Of a stretch of 64,000 bases of DNA, positions 26,269 to 39,411 are shown one piece after another. The translations under genes were made by a program, and so were the position numbers. The stretch comes from Octopus sinensis (Eukaryota): positions 88,536,001-88,600,000 of the forward strand of contig NC_043004.1 of assembly GCF_006345805.1 (NCBI RefSeq), read 5' to 3'. The notes beneath the pieces were generated by a model. It worked only from the letters and a program-made list of their open reading frames with translations. It was not told the origin of the DNA and did no database searches. Each line of letters begins with the position of its first letter. Positions within the stretch are counted from its first letter, which is position 1.

Positions 26269-26879
26269 AATGTTGGGTTGCTTTACATGCTATTATTTAT
26301 AAATTTATGTGCTTCGAAATCCACCGGTCTAAAAAGCAATGAATTATTTCACACTCTCTCGAAAGTTTATAAATTCTCATGACGTCAACAATATATATAC
26401 ATATATACATGTGTGTGTGTGCGTGTGTGCGTGTGTGCATGTGCGTGCGTACTTTTGTGTGTGTGTATGTGTGTGTAAGTATGTGTATATGTGTGTGCGC
26501 GTGAATTTGTATGCGTGTGCATCAACAATATATATCTGTGTATGTATATGAATGCGTGTGTAGGTGTAGGTCTGTATTCATATGTGTGTGCGTGTGCGTG
26601 TGCGTGTGTGTGTGTGAACTCTTCTGTTTTTCCTTATTTGAAACCTTTCTCTGAGGAAGGAGCTGCTTTCTAACAAAGAAATAAAGTTCAGTCACTTCAA
26701 TGTTCATAATAAAAAAGAAATTTACATTTTAAACCTGAGAAAAGCCTTGCATATTTTTAATGTCCCACTTACAGATTGTATTAATAATGTGCCACTTAGC
26801 GGATTGATTTAATTTCCTGAAAACCTTATCTTATCCAGACTGTCACTTAGGCATTTGCTCACTCAATATATATCCGCGC

Positions 26880-27100
26880 ACGACCGGGTGCTGAAAAGTT
26901 CTTGGCTTTAACGGTATCTCGTAAGGTTTGATATGTGGCCCAAACCTCCGGGTTCTTTTACAGGGCTTAGAAAAACTGAAGGACCGCTGCAATAAGTATG
27001 TCAATCTGAGAGGGTAATATGTTGAATAGAATCATTATTAATTGATCCTTTCGTATTTTCTTTTACCCTAAACCAGGATCTGTTCTGTAACCCTCTTACG
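26880..27100 (+). mobile_element. Mariner-derived MITE
   Basis: TIR-like ACGACCGGGTGCTGAAAAGTTCTTGGCTTT with a degenerate inverse at 27070-27100; retains the transposase end GLEKLKDRCNKYVNLRG*YVE*. Confidence 0.65.
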
Positions 27101-27118
27101 TATGCATGCATATATATA

Positions 27119-28260
27119 AGGGGCTTGATCAATAAGTATCCAGATTGTTAACCTTGTGACGAAGCTAAAGCACGTAGAGCGAAGCCGCTTGGCACAGACT
27201 GACGATAAATACTTATTTCTGTATTACCCACAAGGGGCTAAACATAGAGGGGACGAACAAGGACAGACAAATGTATTAAGTCGATTACATCGACTCCAGT
27301 ACGTAACTGGTACTTAATTTATCGACCCCGAAAGGATGAAAGGCAAAGTCGACCTCGGCGGAATTTGAACTCAGAACGTAGCTGCAGACGAAATACCGTT
27401 AAGCATTTTGCCCGACGTGCTAACGATTCTGCCAGCTCGCCTCCTTATACTGACGATAAATATTGCTGTGCATGCGCACGAAGTTTCAATGTTCTGGCTC
27501 TCGTCCCCTGTTTACAGTAGCGCTTGGAAGGAACGTGTGTAGCGTTTGTTCATTGCATTGACCATGCCAAAGGAAGTTGAGCAGAGAATCTTTATCAAAT
27601 TTTGCTAAAAGTTTAGCTGTACCTTCTCAGAGGCCTCCGCAAAGTTTTCAAACAGATTTAATCGTTCCCGACAGAATCGAGGAGATCTTGTGCAACTGAA
27701 ACCCGAGTGTCTTTTAGGTCAGCTGAAAGCAGTTTTGACACAATCTTGACAGACATGCGTCTCATACACAAATCTTCAATGATAATGGACTGAACTGAAC
27801 CGTAACTAATCTACATACCCTCTGATAACTCATGGATGCTGATTCAACGATTCTCCCTCACAGCTGCACGCACGTCAGCGTTGTATTTCTCAGTTCTGCT
27901 GGTTGCGGGTCTCCAACAATGTTCAATATCGATATTTTTTTGGTCATCTTGGAAATGTCTGAATCACTCGTCCGGTTATGTGTGGCTCATACAGTCATCT
28001 CCATACACTTTCTGCAACTTTGCATGGGCCTCTGAGCAGGTATCGTCATGACAGCTTTCTCTGTCATGGTCAATGCGACAATCACACGCTACACGCGTTC
28101 CTTCCAAGTACTGCTATAAACAAAAAAAATAGAAGTGAGCTAGAATGTTAAAAATTACTGCGCATGCACAGCAGATTTTAAAGTCAATCTTTGCCAAGCG
28201 TCTTCACTCTGCATGCTTTAGCTTCGCTACAATGTCAACAGTCCGTTATTTATTGATCAT
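27119..28260. mobile_element. Mariner element made of two inverted 5' halves
   Basis: + arm MTMPKEVEQRIFIKFC...SEASAK; - arm MTMTEK...CSEAHAKLQKVYGDDCMS...SIHELSE...SYGSVQSII.EDL.MRR.SVK.V.KLL. Both ends carry the TGATCAATAA TIR. Confidence 0.8.
27212..27448 (-). mobile_element. Young SINE family A inserted in the mariner
   Basis: Near-consensus copy; 14-bp TSD ACTGACGATAAATA at 27198-27211 and 27449-27462. Core GTCGACTTTGCCTTTCATCCTTTCGGGGTCGATAAA resembles, from memory, the Meta SINE domain. Confidence 0.9.
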
Positions 28261-28402
28261 GTACGTGTGTGTGTGTGTGTGGTGTGTGTGTGTGTGTGTG
28301 TAAGTGTGTGTGGTGTGTGTGTGTGCACGCGCGCAATAAAAGACTGCACAATGCGCAAGTTCAACTTCCAACTAGTGTGCCTTTTTCGATAAAGGGAAAC
28401 AA

Positions 28403-30530
28403 CTCTAGGTATTCTATGACTAGGTTGGCAAAGGAGGGGGCCATTCGTGTACCCATCGCAGTCCCCGATTCTGGCTAGAGAATCACGCCAACGAACTACC
28501 ACACCGCATCAAAAAAGAATTCGTGATAGAAGGGGTTAAATTCATCCTGGAAAATAACTTCTTCGCCTTCAATGACAACTTCTACCGACAAAAATCGGGG
28601 ACTGCGATGGGTACACGAATGGCCCCCTCCTTTGCTACCTAGTCATAGGATACCTAGAGATCAGTCTGTATCGTAAGGTTCTAGAAAGATATGGCAGCCC
28701 TTTCTCCATCTACATAGAAAACAACTGGAAGAGATATCTAGATGACTGTTCATTCTTTGGCATAAAAATATAGAAAAACTCATAGAATTCCAGGAAATTT
28801 TAAACGGACTGGACGTAAACATCCAATCACGATGGAATATAGCCAGCAACAACTCCCCTTCCTCGATATCCTCATTAAGAAAGCTAATAATTAATAGAAA
28901 CAGACATATACTATAAGCCTACAGACTCTAAGCAATATCTTCCATTCAATCATGCCACCCCAGACACACCAGGATGAATATCCCCTTCAATCTAGCAAAA
29001 AGGATATGCACTATAGTCTCTAACGCAAACACCAGAGACACACGACTACAAGAACTAAAAGATACCCTTATCACCAGGAACTATCCACCTTCACTTATTG
29101 ACAAGTGCATTCAACGTGCCCTTCAACTTAACATCAAGGAACTGAGAATCCCAAATCAAAGAAAAACTTACAACCAAAACCTTACCATACATCTCCACAC
29201 ACAACCCTCTCAATAACGAAGCCTTCGGCAACATCCTCCGTAACATACCCCTCCTAAAAAAAGACCACAGAAAACACAATCCTCCAAACACACACGATCA
29301 TAAAAAGCAAAAGACAGCCTAGATCCATGAAAAGTCTCCTACACAAGCCCGAATTCACTCTTCAACACAGAAGCCGACAGTAAAAAAATGTGGAAGACCC
29401 AATTGCGGGATATGCGACTATCTAATTGAGGGATCAGAGTTCTCCTTCAAACAGGGACAACGGTTTACAGTGAAAAGCAACTTCACATGTGCTTCGGAGA
29501 ACCTAATATACTCACTAACCTGCTCCGGGTGTTCAAGAGCAGTACATAGGCCAAACAAAAAATGGTTTGCGTAAATGAATGGCCCTGCACAGATCCCAGA
29601 TAAAATTCCCCAAAACAGAAAAATAGCTTTTAGCCAACGCATAGATACTTGCGCCAACAAAAAAACACCAAACTTCAGGATTTTCCCCCTCTACCAATTA
29701 GGGACGATACAACCTCGAGACAACGAATAAGTAAAGAAAATCTCTTATTACAAAATACAGGCCACTTCTTAACGGGTCTACGACAAACAATTAATATACC
29801 TCAACTTTAGAATAAAAGAAATATATACACACACAAATATCACATTCCATAGAATCCATTACTAATCAGCCCCATCACAGCTATACTTTCACCCATTCAT
29901 ATTCTCCCTTCTCTGTTTTTTTCTTCTTCTTCCTCTGCTTCTTCATCATCATCATTATCATCATCATCGTCGTCATCATCATCACCACCATCATCATCAT
30001 CATCTTCTCCTTCTCCTTCTCCTTCTTCTTCATCATCATCATCAACATCGTCATCTTCTTCTTCTTTACTTTTCCACCTTCTACCCCTTAACCTTGTCAC
30101 TAATGCCTTTCAGTATAACGCCTACGCAAATTCCATAAACAATTCCTGAATTGAACTGCAACTGCTGTCCGCCACTGACCATTCAAAATACGACCATCAA
30201 GGCATTCCCAGATTTCCCCACCCCCTCTCCACATCAGCCTTCTGCTTCTCCTACCCTACCAAGAACTCACAACGACCTCGAACACACAAGTGCAAACAAG
30301 GGAGTCAGAGAAAGGCAGAATGCCACTTATATCTGAACACTACTATAGAAATATTCCTTTAAAAAAACTTTTCTTCTAATTTTTCTAAATTTAATTATTT
30401 ATCGTTACAGTTGAAAAGGTCTCAAAATGACCGAAACCGGTACTGAAAGATTCACTATAAAATTATCTTAGCATTTTCTATTTTTGACTTGTTTTTTCAT
30501 ATATATCAACTCGTGTGTTCCTTTCCACCC
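28403..30530 (+). mobile_element. 5'-truncated Penelope-like retroelement (RT + GIY-YIG, frameshifted) with 5' inversion and 3' hammerhead relic
   Basis: FILENNFFAFNDNFYRQKSGTAMGTRMAPSFA; WKRYLDDC (YLDD 28735-28746); TMEYSQQQLPFLDILI; TDIYYKPTDSKQYL; CHPRHTRMNIPFNLAKRICTIVS; KCGRPNCGICDY; LIYSLTC...QYIGQT; KYRPLLN ending 29773. HHR-like motif 30408-30445. Confidence 0.92.
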
Positions 30531-30560
30531 TTATACATATATATATATATATATATATAT

Positions 30561-30905
30561 TAAATTAGAGATAAAACCACTATTAGGTAAATCATACAAT
30601 GAAAAACTTAAGCCAATACATAAGATTAATTAATTTATATTATTTTAAATATATATCAAAATTATTAAAAAAAGATAATTAGTATAACACTAATTATATT
30701 AATTATCTTCTTTTAATAATTTTGATATATATTTAAAATAATATAAATTAATTAATCTTATGTATTGGCTTAATTTTTTCATTGTGTAATTTGCCTAGTA
30801 GTGGTTTTATTTCTAATTTAATATAATATAATATTTTACTATAAAATTGGATTCAATCCTAAATCTGATTTTTCCCTGTAAGTTTGGATTTATTCCCTAA
30901 TATTT

Positions 30906-30908
<3 letters not shown>
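30561..30908. mobile_element. AT-rich fold-back element with one-sided tail, related to 51721-52038
   Basis: Arms 30561-30681 and 30700-30820; tail AATCCTAAATCTGATTTTTCCCTGTAA.TTTGGATTTATTCCCTAATATT shared with 51985-52035; embedded in (TA)n. Confidence 0.8.
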
Positions 30909-30949
<41 letters not shown>

Positions 30950-30953
<4 letters not shown>

Positions 30954-31879
30954 TTATGTGTGTGTATATGTTTGTGTGTGTGTGTCCCCCAACATTGCTT
31001 GACATCCATGCTGGTGTGTTTACGTCCCCGTAACTTAGCAGTTCGGCATAAGAGACCGATAGAATAAGTACTAGGCTTACAAAGAATAAGTCCTGGGGCT
31101 AACGGCATTTCATGTCTTTACGAACCGAGTTCAAACTCCACCGAAGTAGACTTTGTCTTTCATCCTTTTGGGTTGATAAAATTAGTACCAGCTGAGCATT
31201 GGAGTCGATGTAATCAATTATTCCCCTGCCAGGAAATTGCCGGCCTTGTGCCAAAATTTGCAAAACTATGATACCAAAATCATCGATCTTTTGAAGGCAG
31301 TGATCGGCAAAATTGATTGCAGCAGGACAAAATGCTTAGCGGTATTTTATCCGGTTCTTTACGTTCTGAGTTCAAATGCTGATACGGTCGACTTTCCCTT
31401 CCATTATTTCGGGGTCGATAAAATAAGTACTAGTTGGGCACTGGGGGAGGCGATAATCGACTCACACTTCTCTTGAACTTGATAGCTTGGTTCCAAAATT
31501 CCATAAGAGGGCGAACTGGCAGAATCGTTAGCACTCCGGGCAAAATGATTAACGTCTTTAGTTCAAATGCCGCCGGGGTCAACTTTGCCTTTCATTCTTT
31601 CTGGGTCGATAAAATAAGCACCAGTTGAATAATGAAGTCGATGTAATCTCTTTCTTTACTATCCACAAGGGGCTAAATACAGAGAGGACAAACAATGACA
31701 GACAAACAGATTAAGTCGATTATATCGACCTCAGTACGTAACTGGTACTCATTTAATCGACCCCGAAAGGATGAAAGGCAAAGTCGACCTCGGCGGAATT
31801 TGAACTCAGAACGTAGCGGTTGACGAAATACCGATAAGCATTTCGCCCGGCGTGCTAACGATTCTGCCAGCTAGCCGCC
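30950..31879. mobile_element. SINE cluster: partial family B, three partial + strand family A, one near-consensus - strand family A (31650-31879)
   Basis: Repeated GTCGAT/AAGTAC/GAGTTCAAAT motifs. Confidence 0.85.
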
Positions 31880-33279
31880 TTTTGAAGTTGATGTAATCGT
31901 TTTATCTCCTCCTCCGAAATTGTTAGACTTGTGCTAAGAGTTGAAATCAGTATTAAATTCATGATGCAGGAGAGTTTGTACGGAAGGAGATAAAGGCAGG
32001 GAAGATAATCTGAACGCACTTACATTGAATTCTAAGCGAAGTTAGAAATCCGTCCTTTCAGACATTTGTCAATTATATTTCTGATTCTTTCGAGCTTTCA
32101 TCCAAACATATTAAATCGTCTTCATCGGAAACTGATTTCAGAATTGTAAGACATTTAATGTGATGTCAATCAAGTCTTCAATCTTTTTCAAAATAGGATA
32201 ATGCTTTCTCTTTTCTTTTTATTTATTTATCGTTTTATTTATTTAATTTTCTACCTCGCAAATTGAGAGGTCGAAGGAATTGGACCAACGCTAAATTAAA
32301 TATCTTTGAAATAAGCTTCTGAATAGCATTCTATTTTATGGTAGAATTGAATTTTGTGTCTTCTAATATAAAGAATAAAACGATATACGTGAAATGCCAT
32401 ATTTGCAGATTTTCTTGACTCAGCGTGCGAATCTATGTCGTGTGACTTCTATTCTGGTCACGTGAATTCTCTCTCAGCTCAAGACATTGTTATACGCAAA
32501 TGAAAAACTTATTTGAGAGGAACTATTAAGACAGATAACAAGAATAAAAATAAATATCATCAACTGATCAATTATTGATGTGTGAGATTTATTTATTCTA
32601 GACAAATGAATAAATATGGGTTTTTCCTTGAAATATAGAAATTCAATCAGATTGGAATTGGAGCTATTTTGCATGAATATGTCGCCTCCTGATGTTTTTG
32701 TCTATGATTCTTTTGAATATCGTCAAGTTATTATGCAATATTCTCGAAGAATGTTTTTCCTTTAGCGAATCGTATTCCTGGTCTTTGAGAAGGTGACGCT
32801 GCTCAATAATTAATTGTCTTATACGTTCTGGCCAGTTCAAAGAGGTTTATATCGTATTTATTGAATATATTGGAGTATATTTCCGTTTATAAAAGATTGA
32901 TACAAGCAAATAAAGCAATGCCTGATTGGTCAACAATAATTGCCGTTTAGCCGAAGGCTATTGGTTAAACTCTGAGAGAGTTAGCAGCTGCAAAAAGCAT
33001 AGGAATAGAGCAGCGTATTAGGCATGAATGGCGTATTTTCCAGTATTGTGAAAATGTGTGAAAAGCGGTGGGTGATTTCGTCTATGTGTAAGTGGCTTTA
33101 ATAGTTGCGTTTGAATTTGCTTCAAGTGTCTGCCGTGTAGTTCTCTTTGTATACGCGTCATTGGCTGTGCGTTCATGCCTGTGTTAGTCTATACATGTGT
33201 CCATACAACAAATGTCACTTTATATATACATGTGTGCATGAATTTGAGCGCATGTGTTGGTATTCTTTTGATACACGTG

Positions 33280-34110
<831 letters not shown>

Positions 34111-34723
34111 GTACATGTTTGCTTCGGCTACATTTCAGCATATAGCGACAGTATGACGGATATATTCGCAAATACATTAGCTTAAATGCATTATTTTATC
34201 TCTACATACAAAGAAGATTGTTGAGAGCCATGTGTATGTCTGTATGTTGTACACGATTTGAAAAGGTGGCAGGGAGAGAAGATGGGGAAAGCAGTGATCT
34301 GCAAGGAATGGATCACATGGAAATACATCGAGATAAGATGATAAAAGGTCGATAGAGAGTATTATTGAAAAGACGATTGTAAAGGAGAGCTATGAAGTAG
34401 TTGTTTAACAGAAGTGCACCATGGGAAATACTGCGACAGCTCAGTAGAGGATGTTTAAATAACATTGTTTATTATTTCCTTTCAATAGCAGCACAGTAAT
34501 TTCTTACAACTATTTTTCCAGGTGCGTTTATTATCTCTATCAACTCCTTTTCTCCTTGATTAAATATTTTAATATCTTGGAGAAGGTGCAACAAACAATT
34601 GATTAATGTATGATCAGAAAGAATGTGGTGTGGTATTTACCTCGCAAAGAAAACAGATTTGTGATTTTATATATGTATATATATATATATGTGTATATAT
34701 ATGTATGTAGATATAAATATAAA

Positions 34724-35132
34724 GGCGCAGGAGTGGCTATGTGGTAAGTAGCTTGTTTACCAACCACATGGTTCCGGGTTCAGTCCCACTGCGTGGCACC
34801 TTGGGCAAGTGTCTTCTACTATAGCCTCGGGCCGACCAAAGCCTTGTGAGTGGATTTGGTAGACGGAAACTGAAAGAAGCCTGTCGTATATATGTATATA
34901 TATGCGTGTGTGTGTTTGCGTGTCTGTGTTTGTCCCCCTAGCATTGCTTGACAACCGATGCTGGTGTGTTTATGTCCCCGTTACTTAGCGGTTCGGCAAA
35001 AGAGACCGATAGAATAAGTACTGGGCTTACAAAAGAATAAGTCCTGGTGTCGAGTTGCTCGATTAAAGGTGGTGCTCCAGCATGGCCGCAGTCAAATGAC
35101 TGAAACAAGTAAAAGAGTAAAGAGTAAAGAGT
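34724..35132 (+). mobile_element. Full-length SINE family B
   Basis: GGCGCAGGAGTGGCTATGTGGTAAG head, GGGTTCAGTCCC B box, CORE-like GGCACCTTGGGCAAGTGTCTTCT, internal (TA)(TG) tract, tail GGTGCTCCAGCATGGCCGCAGTCAAATGACTGAAAC plus GAGTAAA repeats. Confidence 0.92.
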
Positions 35133-35207
35133 ATATACATAACATACATAATACATACATACATACATATATATATATACACACACACACACGCACACAC
35201 ACATATA

Positions 35208-35257
<50 letters not shown>

Positions 35258-35805
35258 TTGAGCAGTGTCTCTCTATCCGTTAACTTTTTATGTTTGTTAA
35301 CTCCTCCTAGACCATCGTTGCTAAGACAGAGAAACTCAAACCAGCAACTCCCCTAATCCCGGGAAATGTTCTAACGGCTTCTATTTTCTTTGAGGGCCGT
35401 CTAATTAGGTCCCACTGACTCCTCACCCCCACCTGTTTTTACTACATTTTAAACTAAATGCAGTGCATTGGCGACCAAATCGGAGCAATGACAATGAATG
35501 TCATACCATGAACTCCCAGGGAGCATCTTAAGGAAGTTCAATTTCTGAGGGGGCTGCTTAAATGGGACCCCACTGACACCGCTATTTTTACTGCATTTAC
35601 CTCGCTCCTACGCTTATTGATTAAACTCTGATCAGCATCAGTGCTTAGCACATTTATAGAACTAATTTTCATTCAACAAGAGTAGAGGGCTACAAAGCGG
35701 CCCGATAGTGGTATCGAAGGCTTCAAAAGTGCCCTCCGCAGGTGTCTCTCTGCACCCTTAGTCACTGCTAGAGACAGTGAGTTATTTCATATTATATCAT
35801 ATCAT

Positions 35806-36346
<541 letters not shown>

Positions 36347-36437
36347 CGCATATACGCACACACCCATATACACGCGTGTATATATATCTATATTATATAT
36401 ATACAAACAAACAAATATATATATATATATCTGTTTG

Positions 36438-36468
<31 letters not shown>

Positions 36469-36514
36469 TATATATCTGTTTATATATATATATATATACA
36501 TATATATATCTGTT

Positions 36515-36569
<55 letters not shown>

Positions 36570-36576
36570 TATATCT

Positions 36577-36622
<46 letters not shown>

Positions 36623-36711
36623 CACATTATATATCTGTTTATATATATATATATATATTATATATATTATATATATACCTACATATATATATTCATATAT
36701 ATATATATACA

Positions 36712-37568
36712 TATATGTGAGTAAAAAATTACACGCACTCTTATTTTTTCAATGTGTTTACACAAAAGCAAGGGATAAACACGTCATTCTTCTATATAGT
36801 CCCTTTTCTTTTCGAAGCACTAGGTCCACGGTCCGTAAGCTTGCGTATTCATCCAAGAAGAAGGTTTTCGGTTGGTTGTGCAATCATTTATGCATCGCTT
36901 TCGTCACATATTCATCCGTAGGAAATTGATGACCTCATAAACTATATTTGAGCAGTCCAAAGCTATGATAATCGGAAGGAGCGAGATCTAGGCTGTAGGC
37001 AGAGTGTTCCGACACCTGAAGACCCAATTGGTTAATGATTTCAACGGTTTGGGCGGCCTTGTGTGGGTATGCATTGTCATGCAACAACAAAACCTTCTTC
37101 GGCGTTTAGTGTGAATTGCTGGTATCATTTTGTTGGGCAGCAAAACACTATATTTTGCACTGTTGATCGTACACCCCTTTTCCAGTTAGTCTTCCAGTAT
37201 AGGCCTTTTTGAGTCCCCAATAAAGGGTTAGCATCAGCTTTCCCGCAAAAGACGGGGCCTTGAATTTTTTCGTCGCTGGCGAGCCAGGATGTTTCCACTC
37301 CTGGATTCTCATAATGAATTTCAGCACCTGACACACCTTCCGACCAGAGAAATCGGATCACTGCTCTTTGCTCTCCTCCGGTGCACATTGTTAGTGGAGC
37401 GGCCATGCTTACACTGTAAAACCAGAAAGAAAATTTGCGCGATCAAGCTCAAACCTCGATCACATGACCGCAATAGTACCAAATATAAGCACGCATGCGC
37501 AAAAAGCAGTGTGACGATAATAAAGATATGTTATGGGGAATGTGCGGATAACTTTTGACTCCCCCTCG
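36712..37568 (-). mobile_element. Internally deleted mariner (DD34D-type) transposon
   Basis: MAAPLTMCTGGEQRAVIRFLWSEGVSGAEIH / EWKHPGSPATKKFK...AGKLMLT / LLLHDNAYPHKA...SAYSLDLAPSDYH. TIR TACGAGGGGGAGTCAAAAGTTATCCGCAC at the right end, degenerate copy at ~36712-36740. Confidence 0.88.
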
Positions 37569-37955
37569 TATATATATGTAAAGACGCGTAGGCGTGACTG
37601 TGTGGTAAGAAGTTTGCTTGCTAAGTACATCGTATGTAGGCATGTTGAAATATTCTTCTCTTTAATATTAAATTGCTTTTATGTATAACTTGATATAAAA
37701 ACAAACACTAATGTATTTGTGTGTGTGTATGTGCGCGCGCATGTACGTGTGTTCGTGGGTGCTTGTGTTACTGTTTGCATTTATATTATATTAAGTGAAA
37801 TATAAAAGCAATTTAACATTAAACTGAAGAACTACTCTAAACATTTTAGAAGAGTAAATGTTTATTAAATTTCTCAAAAGAAGGGTGACAGTGACTTCGA
37901 AGCTTGAGTCTATTACGCTGTTAACAAATACAGTTCGTATAACAAATATATATAT

Positions 37956-38148
37956 TCTTTTTTTTGGTTCAGTCATTTGACTGTGGCCATGCTGGAGCAC
38001 CGCCTTTAATCGAGCAAATTTACCCCAGGACTAGTTCTTTGTAAGCATAGTACTTATTCTATCGGTCTCTCTTGCCGAACCGCTAAGTTACGGGGACGTA
38101 AACACACCATCATCGGTTGTCAAGCAATGGTGAGTGGACAAACACAGA

Positions 38149-38206
<58 letters not shown>

Positions 38207-38347
38207 CGACGGACTTCTTTCAGTTTCTATCAATCAAATTCACTCACAAGGCTTTGGTCGGTCCAAGGCTATAGTAGAAGACACTTGCTCAAGGTGCCAC
38301 ACAGTGGGACTAAACCTTGACCCATGCGGTTGGTAAACAAGCTACTT
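37956..38347 (-). mobile_element. SINE family B
   Basis: Reverse match to 34724-35132. Confidence 0.88.
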
Positions 38348-38354
38348 TATTTCA

Positions 38355-38450
38355 TAAAACTTTGCCACAAAGCATTACAGAGAGGGGACTAACATGGACA
38401 GAAAAACACAAAAATGGTGAAGTAGCTTTTACGAATGAAATGAAATTATC
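38355..38450 (+). mobile_element. Possible Tc1 transposase fragment
   Basis: RGLTWTEKHKNGEVAFTNEMKL resembles the Tc1 RL.WA.KH..W..V.FSDE.KF motif; short and degenerate. Confidence 0.35.
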
Positions 38451-39349
38451 ATGGACATTTAAAAAAAAATTCATTGAAAAACATCATAGACATTGTTTTA
38501 CACAATGTAGTGCCTGAAGGAAAGGCGTCCAACCACCAGGGTAGAACTTTGCTTTTTTTCTGTGGCTCCACTTACTTGGTACCAATCACTCCCAGCTTTC
38601 TTACTACAAACTTCCATCTTTATCCGAATGTCTCTCGTGACAGATACCTCTTCCCCAGCCTGATTTTACTATTGAGGTGGTAACTAAAAAAGTTGACCAA
38701 CCCCTGGCCGGATACAAAGGTACCCATCACTATTCCTTTCGCACGTGTCTTCCATACCGTTTCTTTTAATACGGCTACCACGCAGAAAAAAAAGAACAGG
38801 CCTTCCTCTCTCCAGTTCGAAGGAAGTAAAAGAAGAGCAGAAAGACAAAAAGGAGAAAAAGAAAGAAGGAAGACAGTTCAAAACACGGCAACACACAATT
38901 CCGGCCACCCGGTAATCCTGGCTAAAAGGTACTCCAGAAAGGTACTCCAAAAAGGTTCTCCAAAAATGAACAGGGACACAGCAGCAGGAACATAACTTCA
39001 AAAACATCCGCCACAAATTGGTAGAAATTTTCCAAAAAGTTTCATAATTTTTGAAGGCAGGATACGTCCCAAAAACAACACAATTATCACAATTAAGTGA
39101 GACAGAGCAACTATAGGCAGACAAATGCCTCGGAACTCAGTAGGGATTTCTTGTTCGAAAAAAAAAGGACAACAAACAACAAACCACCACCGAATCCGCC
39201 AAAAAACAAATGCTCTACCTTATAGTTGCGCCTTCAAAGTTCTTCATTTAAAACCGCTACACGCAACGTCTTGACAACACCAGTGCAGAAGTAAAACTAA
39301 CGCATGCGCGTAAGCAAGCTACTTACCACACAGCCCCTCCTGCGCCTAT

Positions 39350-39411
<62 letters not shown>

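Noticed and set aside
28340-28402. Reverse frame VSLYRK echoing the PLE's ISLYRK beyond the inverted duplication
   Set aside because: Only six residues, out of frame and with low nucleotide identity; may be chance.
32088-32131. Reverse TTTC-CGATGA...GAAAGCTC-GAAA motif
   Set aside because: The core lacks a base and stem II is absent.
32660-32900. Minus-strand frame WPERIRQLIIEQRHLLKDQEYDSLKEK...
   Set aside because: Short, bounded by stops, no recognisable homology.
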